A stretch of 24,000 nt of DNA from NCBI RefSeq assembly GCF_018389385.1, contig NZ_CP062698.1, forward strand, positions 3,294,667-3,318,666, in the 5' to 3' direction. A model generated the notes under the pieces. The model ran no database searches. It was not told where the DNA came from and saw only the letters and a list, made by a program, of their open reading frames with translations. A program made the position numbers and the translations under genes. This document shows positions 14,877-22,127 of the stretch, piece after piece (positions within the stretch are counted from its first letter, which is position 1; each line of letters starts with the position of its first letter). Source of the DNA: Anthocerotibacter panamensis C109. Lineage in GTDB: Bacteria > Cyanobacteriota > Cyanobacteriia > Gloeobacterales > Anthocerotibacteraceae.

Positions 14877-16590
14877 AACAACAATTACTGGCTGCGGGGC
14901 CAGGCGCAAGGTCAGTTTATTCAACAATGGACGGTCAGTAATAGCAACTGGGCGGACCTTACCAGCGATGTGCCCCAACAATTGGCGAATGGTCGGGTAG
15001 ATGTTGTCTTCACCAATGACTATGCTGATTCAACGGCGGACCGTAATCTGCTTGTCGATACAGTAAATATCCATGGCAATGTTATTGCTGCACAAAGTAG
15101 TGCAGTCTATTACGATACGGGCGATCCTTTTGACGGAGTGTATGTGGGGTCAGGGGTCAACTTTGCCGGATGCCCTGTAGGGACAGGTGCATGTTTTCAA
15201 GGCGCTCTCCGATTCACTCCCGGCAGCACCAACAATCTGACCTTCACAGGGCGCGAAGACGATGGGACGGGACTCATCTACTACCGCGCCCGCTACTATT
15301 CTGCCGACCTGCAACGCTTTATCGCAGAAGACCCCCTCGGTTTTGGGGGTGGCGACACCAACCTCTATCGCTATGTGGGTAATGCCCCCCATCTCGCGGT
15401 AGACCCCAGTGGACTCCAGCAAACAAAATCAAGTCCTACCCTCAACCCTAATCCCGCCCCTAGCCGTGAATTTACCCTCGCCGAAGTACCAGGGGCTACT
15501 ACGGCTGGAGCCTGCGATTTTCTATTCAGTGCCGAGCCAGTACAGACAAATCTCACTACCTGTACCTGCGATTCATTTGGCAGGTGCTACGAGTGTCAGA
15601 TAGAAGGCTTTTGCACTCAGGTTTGTGGACCAGGAACAATATTTAGCTGTGGGGGCGGGGTTCTTCCTCCAGGTGGCGGTGGGGGCGGCGGCGGCGGTGG
15701 AACCCTCCCAAGTATCAGCGGGGTCAGCAGCTTCAGTGCGCAGGTAGGAACGGATATCACGATTTCGGGTAGTAACCTGAGCAATGCGACAGCAGTACGC
15801 TTCGGGAATGTCCCAGCTGCGTTCACCCTCAATGTCTCGACCAATGCAGTGACAGCGGCAGTGCCCCCGAATGCCCCCACGGCTCCTATCAGTGTGGTCA
15901 CCCCGAGTGGGACAACGCAGACAGCGCAGAACTTTGTGCCTGTGCAGGTGGCTACGGGCCCTACGCCAAGCACAATCTGCTCTAGCGAATGTCGCTGACC
16001 AGCTCTTGCAGGGATTGACCAGCCGAGATTTCCTGGAGAGTGTAGCTAATGGGGCAGATGCTACAGGGAATGCCCTTTACGGATTTTCTGTAATTGCTGG
16101 TGTTTTTGGAGCAGGTAGCTCATCTACAGGGGGCGGTGCCATCGTTGGCGTACCTGCTTTGGCGATAGCAGGTGGCGCTGTAGTGGCTGGGGCAGGGCTC
16201 AAGTCTAGTGCTGCGAATATCAGAGGGATCTTGGAGCAGCAGTACTATGCGGCTGGCGGCAAGGCAGCAAATGAAGTTGGAAGGCTTAGAGTAGAAAAAG
16301 TAGTAGAATTAACAGGTGGAACAGCTTCTGGAGAAAAAGTTTCAGTGAAAACACTTGGAAGCACAGACCTGGATGTGATTGGCCCTAGCGGAGAACTCAT
16401 TTCTGTTGGTGGTCCTGCTAAAGCAGGTAACCTGGGAAATTTTGTTAGAGAATTGAGGATTTACCAAGCTATTGCATCACAAAGAGGAGTTTACGTTAAA
16501 GCATACTTAGCAGAAGGGACGCCTCAATCAGCAATCGATAAGGCAATACGTGAATTGGGAGAAAAAAATGTATTTATCTTTACTCCATGA
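14877..16590 (+). pseudogene. orphan Rhs C-terminal cassette 5, 5'-truncated and frameshifted: CBM-like domain fragment, complete core end, Cys-rich/poly-Gly linker, TIG, D2 segment, toxin
   Basis: Open frame from 14877, after TAA TAG. RVDVVFTNDYADSTADRNLLVDTVNIHG is followed by NNLTFTGREDDGTGLIYYRARYYSADLQRFIAEDPLGFGGGD...DPSGL (15402-15416). Poly-Gly at 15672-15701. TIG at 15708-15941. An extra G in ACGGGCCC (15956-15958; the paralog at 20426-20431 has ACGGCCC) shifts the frame. The product continues in the ORF 15871-16590 frame (ALRQAQSALANVADQ...ILEQQYYA at 16228-16251). Confidence 0.75.
15708..15941 (+). repeat. IPT/TIG-like domain, copy 5 (most diverged)
   Basis: PSISGVSSFSAQVGTDITISGSNLSNATAVRFGNVPAAFTLNVSTNAVTAAVPPNAPTAPISVVTPSGTTQTAQNFVP. 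Confidence 0.6.
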
Positions 16591-16997
16591 GTACTCCCTG
16601 TGTCATAGATTTGTTTATCTATGCAGATCTAGAGGCTGCGTTTGATCTCTTAATTAGCAAAGTTCTAAGCGAGTGTGGATACAAGCTTCAAAATCCCTCA
16701 AATAACGAGATCACTACATTTAGCGAGGAAGGAGAAATCAAAGTAATCGATCCAACTACCATTCAGGCAGTTATTAGCTCTAATCAAAGCTTGGGTGTGC
16801 AGTTATGGAAAGATGAATCAAGGGATCTATATATTTCATGGAAACGCGGAGACACTTTTTGGAAATTCAGCCTATTTTTAGATGGGATGACTCTAGAAGA
16901 AGCGTCAGAAATCATTAATACAATATTTTCTGAATTGATTTGGAAACAGAAACTTGAAAATACTTTGTATACCGAGATGAAGATATTTATTGAGTAG
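16587..16997 (+). CDS. putative immunity protein for cassette 5
   Basis: ATGA overlap with the toxin stop (16587-16590). 136 aa, AT-rich. Confidence 0.6.
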   Translation: MSTPCVIDLFIYADLEAAFDLLISKVLSECGYKLQNPSNNEITTFSEEGEIKVIDPTTIQAVISSNQSLGVQLWKDESRDLYISWKRGDTFWKFSLFLDGMTLEEASEIINTIFSELIWKQKLENTLYTEMKIFIE

Positions 16998-17085
16998 AAA
17001 AACCTCAATCTCACATTCCGTACCCAGCAAATCTGACTATGGGCACAGGCTGGTGCATCCGAAGGGTGCTCGTGCGGAGGACTGG

Positions 17086-17094
17086 TGGTATAAT
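17086..17094 (+). promoter_or_regulatory. candidate extended -10 promoter element (TGgTATAAT)
   Basis: TGGTATAAT at 17086-17094, about 85 nt upstream of a GTG (17178) that has AAGAGG 7 nt upstream. Sequence-only guess. Confidence 0.3.
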
Positions 17095-17102
17095 TGTAGA
17101 GT

Positions 17103-17933
17103 TTGATTCGGTTACAGGACGCTTCCAGAACGTACAGTTTGATCAAAGTTACCCGAACCGAATTAAGAGGTAGTGAAGTGCTTCATGATTTTGACCTTGG
17201 CTTTTTGACACCTATTAATCTTGGAGCAAAGCAATTAGGCAAACAATTTTTGTCTTTACTCCAAGACCATATGTTTGATTTTTCACCTGAGCGAATTGGC
17301 AACTATGAGCCCATCAAACTCGCTTACAACTTTAATGAAATTGATGCCTGTCTTGATTTTTGGGAAAATCCTTTTTTATGGAAGCGTCGTAAACCGAGGG
17401 TATTAGGCAATGTATGGATGAGCTATCCAAATCAACACTCATCTGTCTATATTACCGCTAATTCTAAACAGCTAGATCCACAAAAGATAGTTGAGTTTTT
17501 TAAGGCGACTTCCCACCTACTCCAAGTGGATTTTGCTTACCTCCATTTTTTAGCTGAGCCAGAAAGCGAGTCATGGGATGTCCAACAAAAACTGATGCCT
17601 TTTCGGCAGGGAGTCACCACTCATGATCTTCGCAAGAATATACCTAATCTTTGTTGGGCAACGGTTTTTGGGAAACCTTATACTCGCCTCTTTTTGCTAG
17701 AACGCATTCTTTGTGCTCCTGCCCCCATTATTCAGGAAATAGATAAAGACACTATTTATATTCAGTTAAGCCAAGACATTTTTGATCTCAAAAGTCATTA
17801 CGAATCAATTAACTTAGTAAGAGAAAAGGTGAAAAGACATCTGAACTGCAATGCATTTCTAGATACATCTTTGCCCCCCCAACATCAGTATACAATCCCT
17901 AAGTTTACTTTTGATGAATCGGTTTATATTTAA
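17103..17933 (+). CDS. hypothetical protein; candidate stand-alone (orphan) immunity protein; start uncertain (TTG 17103 or GTG 17178)
   Basis: AT-rich ORF embedded in the cassette array with no intact toxin upstream. The layout (...NLCWATVFGKPYTRLFLLERIL...) loosely recalls large immunity families such as Imm52/DUF3396, from memory and unverified. Confidence 0.4.
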   Translation: MIRLQDASRTYSLIKVTRTELRGSEVLHDFDLGFLTPINLGAKQLGKQFLSLLQDHMFDFSPERIGNYEPIKLAYNFNEIDACLDFWENPFLWKRRKPRVLGNVWMSYPNQHSSVYITANSKQLDPQKIVEFFKATSHLLQVDFAYLHFLAEPESESWDVQQKLMPFRQGVTTHDLRKNIPNLCWATVFGKPYTRLFLLERILCAPAPIIQEIDKDTIYIQLSQDIFDLKSHYESINLVREKVKRHLNCNAFLDTSLPPQHQYTIPKFTFDESVYI

Positions 17934-18035
17934 GAACTAGCCATCTTTTTTATCAAGGGCCAATTCAAATTTGAAGTGCACCACTTAGGGATTTACCGAG
18001 AGGGGCTCACGGGGTAATCTGACGTTTACTATCAC

Positions 18036-18149
18036 CTCAATGTCTCGACCAATGCAGTGACGGCGACCATCCCCCCGAATGCCCCCACGGCTCCAATCAG
18101 TGTGGTCACCCCGAGTGGGACGGCACAGACAGCGCAGAATTTTATGCCT
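18036..18149 (+). repeat. IPT/TIG-like domain, copy 6 (C-terminal half only)
   Basis: LNVSTNAVTATIPPNAPTAPISVVTPSGTAQTAQNFMP. The N-terminal half of the domain is absent. Confidence 0.6.
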
Positions 18150-18797
18150 GTGCAGGTGGCTGCGGCTACGGGGCAAGCGCAGTTTGATTTGCGCATAGCG
18201 GCTCAACAGCTCCAGCAATTCTACGAAAATAACCAAGATGCAATCCAGGGCACGTTTAGCGCCTTGGGACAGATTTTGAACGGTGGACTCACCGGAATCC
18301 TAGGTCTGATTGAACTCAGTGGAGGTGCGGCACTACTGAACTACGCTAACTTTGAAGATGGCTCCCTTAGTGGTGCGGCAGCGGCAGCAGCAGCTACAGA
18401 CTTATTAGCGGTTGGCTCTGCTACAGTCGTTGCTGGCAGTGCCGTGGTGAATCAGGGTGTCAAGGGGTTGTTCGAGCAGCAGTTCTATGCGGCTTTGCAA
18501 GGAGGTGGGCAAAGTTCCATAAAGACTTTTGGACAGGATTTAAAAAATATTCGCGAGGTAGCAACTGGACGGCTCAAGGGTTTTTCTAGGGGAAACACAA
18601 CCCTTCCGAGAGGGGATCAAGGTGCTCGAGATCTATTTGAAAAGCTTACTGGAACCCCCCCTACAGGAGATTTTGACCGTGCTATTCTACAAGATGGGCG
18701 AGAGATTGTATTCAGAGCAATCAGTAGATCTGGACCAGCTAAAATTGAAGTGGTTGATCCCCTGCAAAGTTTTTTGGAAAAAATTTCTTTTCCTTAG
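18036..18797 (+). pseudogene. orphan Rhs C-terminal cassette 6, 5'-truncated inside the TIG domain; D1 segment plus ~95-aa toxin
   Basis: Homology starts at LNVSTNAVTATIPPNAPTAPISVV (18036), 6 codons after an in-frame TAA. D1 copy at 18177-18491 with LFEQQFYA at 18468-18491. Diverges from the main gene after QGGGQ (18513). Confidence 0.7.
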
Positions 18798-18808
18798 GAG
18801 GGAATTCT

Positions 18809-19180
18809 GTGTGTAACATTTTACTGCAAGATGTGCGTAACCTCTTAGATCTATGGTCTTTGGGGTCACTTGATGCACGCAAGGTTCATGAGGAAGCTGA
18901 GAAATTATGGGAAAGTATTCAACCTGATTCTTTTTATCCTAAAGACAACTATAAATCAATTATCATTGAGGTCTTGTCTCAGCTAGAGATTCTGAACCAC
19001 CAACTTATCATGCCCGATGATATTCCAGCTATTCTCCGATTTCTCGACACCCCCAATGGAAAGGAGTTGCAGGGATGGGAGGACTGGCTCAACTATTGGG
19101 AGAATATTGATATGGACGTTCGTAGAGAAAACTTAAGGTCGAATCCTTACTACTGCTCTGTACTTGAAAACTTAAGGTAA
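18809..19180 (+). CDS. putative immunity protein for cassette 6
   Basis: GTG at 18809 preceded by AGGAGG (18796-18801), 11 nt after the toxin stop. 123 aa, AT-rich and helical-looking. Confidence 0.55.
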   Translation: MCNILLQDVRNLLDLWSLGSLDARKVHEEAEKLWESIQPDSFYPKDNYKSIIIEVLSQLEILNHQLIMPDDIPAILRFLDTPNGKELQGWEDWLNYWENIDMDVRRENLRSNPYYCSVLENLR

Positions 19181-19248
19181 ATCGAGGTTTATCAAGTACT
19201 ACATCTAGCGTTTGTGAGGTACCTAAACGCAAGTATTCAGGTAGTTGG

Positions 19249-19440
19249 TTAGGGAATCAAGGAAGGAACGGCCAAACCCTTATGCACGGTTGCTTGTAGC
19301 GCTTGACTGAAAAACGTCACCACCGACCGCCCCTGCCTGTAGCACGTCTGCACTACCCCGAGCAAAGCTGCGGTTTCTTTAAATCGCTCCATCGAGCGCG
19401 ACCCCCCACTGACCTTACGCTTGGTCACCGCTAAACGCAA
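19249..19440 (-). pseudogene. C-terminal fragment of an IS66-family-like transposase (IS remnant)
   Basis: LRLAVTKRKVSGGSRSMERFKETAALLGVVQTCYRQGRSVVTFF matches the conserved R-x-x-V-x-x-RK-x-SGG-x-RS...A-x-L-x-S/V-x-x-T-C tail remembered from IS66-type (ISBst12-like) transposases. The N-terminal ~90% is missing. The fragment ends at about 19446, exactly where Rhs homology of cassette 7 begins. Confidence 0.45.
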
Positions 19441-21094
19441 CGACCACTACTACAGCCCAGAACTCCAGCGCTTTATCGCAGAAGACCCCTTGGGTTTTGG
19501 TGGGGGCGACACCAATCTCTACCGCTATGTGGGTAATACCCCGCATCTCGCGGTAGACCCCAGTGGACTCCAGCAAACAAAATTAAGTCCTAAGCCTACC
19601 CCCAGAAAACAAAGCAATGTCACCACCCAAAGCAGCATTACCGCCCCTGGTCCGACGACCAACAATTCTTGTGGTGTGGTTGTGTTCGGACCCGTTACCG
19701 CCTCCGCCGCACAGGGTAACCAAGCCATTGGGACAGACCCCCCACCTTCGCCTAACGACACTATTTGCGGATTTAGTATAACCATTGGGGTTGGCGGCGG
19801 CGGCGGTTTCGTCGTCGCACTACCTGGTCAGACCGTCGCTGCTGGGGGTTCAGTTTCCTACGTTCCCTTCACCTACTTTTGCAATGCTTCCACCCCCTGC
19901 CTGCCCGAGGCTTATATTCAACTGTCTCTGAGTGGACAGCCCGCCGATTGGGTGCAAAGTGCCACCGCGATACCCGGAAGGACAACCTACAGTTTCAATC
20001 CACCCAATGTCTATCCTTCGCAGCAGCAGAGTAGCACCCTGACGATACGCACCGATGCCAGTACGCCGCCGAATACCTACAATCTGACCATCGGTGGGAC
20101 TACCATCAATGGACCGTCGGGGGTGCGCCCGATGCCCACCAGTCTGACGGTGACGCCCCCGACCACGCCCCCCAATACCCCAACCATCACCAGTGTGAGC
20201 AGTTTCAGTGCCCAAGTGGGTCAGACGGTGACCCTCACGGGCAACAATCTAGGCAATGCCACCCAAGTATGGTTTGGAGGAGTTCCAGCAGCATTCACCC
20301 TCAATGTCTCGACCAATCAAGTGACAGCAACAGTGCCCCCGAATGCCCCCACGGCTCCAATCAGTGTGGTCACGGCGAGTGGGACAACGCAGACAGCGCA
20401 GAATTTTGTGCCTGTGCAGGTGGCTACGGCCCTACGCCAAGCACAATCTGCTCTAGCGAATGTCGCTGACCAGCTCTTGCAGGGATTGACCAGCCGAGAT
20501 TTCCTGGAGAGTGTAGCTAATGGGGCAGATGCTACAGGGAATGCAGCAGGAGCCTTGGCACTTATTCTTGGCGCAGAAGGTACAGGTACAACACTCACGG
20601 GTGTTGGAGCGCTCATTGGGGTACCAAGCTTGGCTGGAGCAGTGGGTGCAGCCGGAGTATCTGTCATTGCTAAGGGGAGCGCAACTTTGATTCGAGGGTT
20701 GCTGGAGCAGCAGTTCTATGCGATAGAAGGCCCCTTGGAAAATGCTAACTTTGCGCAGAAGAGCATTAATAAGGGAGAATTATTTAGTGAGGAAGGACAA
20801 GCTATCTATAGCAAGTTAGCAGGCAGACCAATTAAAACAGTTAACGATCTTGTCGAGGCAATTAAAGGTGGGGGCATTAATCCTGCCGATATTAAAATTG
20901 ACTATATCATTCGCGAAGGAAATACCCTTTTATTGAACACTCGCTCTGTAGCAGCCCTTGAGCGTGCAGGGGTTCCCCGTAGCGCCTTCTCTGCTATAAA
21001 TAGAACTGGAGATCCTTTCTTTGAAAAGCTGCTTGATGCTCAATTGCGCCGCAATGGGCTGACAAGCCAAGGTACTCCAAAGCTGCTCAGGTAA
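19421..21094 (+). CDS. orphan Rhs C-terminal cassette 7 (5' end cut by the IS remnant): core end, Ig-like linker, TIG, D2 segment, ParB-like-looking toxin
   Basis: Rhs homology from YYSPELQRFIAEDPLGFGGGD (19447). DPSGL at 19556-19570. 19469-19992 is near-identical to 4888-5411. TIG at 20180-20413. LLEQQFYA at 20699-20722. The unique tail reads IEGPLENANFAQKSINKGELFSEEG...IKIDYIIREGNTLLLNTRSVAALERAGVPR... Confidence 0.8.
   Translation: MVTAKRNDHYYSPELQRFIAEDPLGFGGGDTNLYRYVGNTPHLAVDPSGLQQTKLSPKPTPRKQSNVTTQSSITAPGPTTNNSCGVVVFGPVTASAAQGNQAIGTDPPPSPNDTICGFSITIGVGGGGGFVVALPGQTVAAGGSVSYVPFTYFCNASTPCLPEAYIQLSLSGQPADWVQSATAIPGRTTYSFNPPNVYPSQQQSSTLTIRTDASTPPNTYNLTIGGTTINGPSGVRPMPTSLTVTPPTTPPNTPTITSVSSFSAQVGQTVTLTGNNLGNATQVWFGGVPAAFTLNVSTNQVTATVPPNAPTAPISVVTASGTTQTAQNFVPVQVATALRQAQSALANVADQLLQGLTSRDFLESVANGADATGNAAGALALILGAEGTGTTLTGVGALIGVPSLAGAVGAAGVSVIAKGSATLIRGLLEQQFYAIEGPLENANFAQKSINKGELFSEEGQAIYSKLAGRPIKTVNDLVEAIKGGGINPADIKIDYIIREGNTLLLNTRSVAALERAGVPRSAFSAINRTGDPFFEKLLDAQLRRNGLTSQGTPKLLR
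20180..20413 (+). repeat. IPT/TIG-like domain, copy 7
   Basis: PTITSVSSFSAQVGQTVTLTGNNLGNATQVWFGGVPAAFTLNVSTNQVTATVPPNAPTAPISVVTASGTTQTAQNFVP. Confidence 0.6.
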
Positions 21095-21100
21095 GCGCCC

Positions 21101-21481
21101 ATGGAAACACAGATAGTCTACACAATTCCCAATACAGCTCTCGATTGCTTAAATGCTCAATTTATATATGAGGAAACAGACTTGATCCTCAAGTTGGAGT
21201 ACGAAGATGAAGATGGTATGGTGCGGTCCTATCACATTCGGTTTATTCATGCGCAATTGTTTCGATTTGAAAATGAAATGCACTGTATTTCCATCACAGC
21301 AGGAGCCTATGATGGGGTAGTTGAATTAGTTGATTCGGCTTGGGCTATGGAGATCAATTCCTTTGAAAATGAATATAACCGTCACAGTCCCTGGAGTAAA
21401 AGACATTTTTGCATATATATCAGTAGCACAGGACAGCTAAATATCATTGCAGACAGTTTCACTGTTGAGGTTGTAAAATGA
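21101..21481 (+). CDS. putative immunity protein for cassette 7
   Basis: Starts 6 nt after the toxin stop. 126 aa, AT-rich. The pattern ...HIRFIHAQLFRFENE...VVELVDSAWAMEI...RHFCIYISSTGQLNIIADSFTV resembles common small Rhs/CDI immunity proteins. Confidence 0.6.
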   Translation: METQIVYTIPNTALDCLNAQFIYEETDLILKLEYEDEDGMVRSYHIRFIHAQLFRFENEMHCISITAGAYDGVVELVDSAWAMEINSFENEYNRHSPWSKRHFCIYISSTGQLNIIADSFTVEVVK

Positions 21482-22041
21482 CAGCAGAAGAAATAATTCA
21501 GTTAAGCAAGACTATCTCTCATGCTTTACGTCACGAACCTTGGCTCTACGAGTTAGAAATTGACAACGAAGGATGGGTACTAGTCGAGACGTTACTCAGT
21601 TCTTTGCGTGCAGAGAGAACTGAATGGTCATCTCTGGGTGTAGCTGACTTAGAAAAGTTATTAACATTCTTTGACAAAAAACGGTTTGAGCTAAAGAATG
21701 AGAAAATTCGTGCTCTTTATGGTCATTCTATCCCCAAGAAACTACTGAAGCAGCCTGCCCTACCACCAATAACTTTGTATCATGGAACAGCGGTCGAGTC
21801 AGCGGCATCAATAAAAATTTATGGTTTACGGCCCATGGGCCGTCAGTACGTACATATGTCAGTGGAGGTAGAAACAGCGAGAGAAGTTGGTAGGCGAAAA
21901 TCCAAGTCGTCAATTGTTCTAACGATCTTGGCACAAAATGCATACAACAATGGTTTATCATTCTATCCGGCTGGGGAATTCGTCTGGCTAGCTGACTACG
22001 TGCTATCAAACTACATTCAGTTTACTGGGCACCTTGATTAA
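21478..22041 (+). CDS. kptA: RNA 2'-phosphotransferase (KptA/Tpt1 family); extreme C-terminus replaced by a MITE end
   Basis: LSKTISHALRHEPWLYELEIDNEGWVLVETLL, IRALYGHSIP, LYHGTAVESAASIKIYGLRPMGRQYVHMS and VWLADYV match the Tpt1/KptA layout (SKxLSxxLRH, GW, xGHS, YHGT, GLxxMxRxHVHLS). ATGA overlap with the preceding immunity gene. The last codons GHLD-stop are encoded by the MITE terminus (22027 onward). Confidence 0.8.
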   Translation: MTAEEIIQLSKTISHALRHEPWLYELEIDNEGWVLVETLLSSLRAERTEWSSLGVADLEKLLTFFDKKRFELKNEKIRALYGHSIPKKLLKQPALPPITLYHGTAVESAASIKIYGLRPMGRQYVHMSVEVETAREVGRRKSKSSIVLTILAQNAYNNGLSFYPAGEFVWLADYVLSNYIQFTGHLD

Positions 22042-22125
22042 TCCAAGCTTGTTGATAATCAGCTATGACAAAGCAGGGGTTTCAGGCTTTGCTTATTACG
22101 AAAAAGGTAATTAATCGAGGTGCCC
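22027..22125. mobile_element. 99-bp MITE/IS-derived element carrying the termini of the IS5-family element
   Basis: Ends are GGGCACCTTGATTAAT (22027-22042) and the reverse complement of 22109-22125, GGGCACCTCGATTAATT. Both match the 8574-8590 end of the IS at 7143-8590. No transposase and no flanking direct duplication (left flank ...TTTACT, right flank CGAGAA...). Confidence 0.65.
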
Positions 22126-22127
22126 CG

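Noticed and set aside
14845-14905. Alternative-frame translation ...KAVIEQQLLAAGPG... just upstream of cassette 5, which resembles the LEQQYYAA boundary motif.
   Set aside because: Nucleotide similarity to the real motif copies is poor, the Tyr-Tyr is missing, and there is no flanking D1/D2 homology. Probably coincidence or too decayed to call.
5599-20413. Regularly recurring ~234-bp repeats (7 copies) separated by unique sequence, considered as a possible CRISPR-like or other noncoding repeat array.
   Set aside because: The repeats are far too long, irregularly spaced (1.7-4 kb) and in frame within protein-coding cassettes. They encode an Ig-like (TIG) domain. No short direct repeats with uniform spacers are present.
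5599-20413. Diversity-generating retroelement (template/variable repeat) as the explanation for the diverged TIG copies.
   Set aside because: No reverse transcriptase gene is in the window. Differences between copies are not confined to adenine positions (for example AATACAGTAACGGCGGCA versus AATCAAGTGACAGCAACA). Variation is better explained by paralog divergence and gene conversion.
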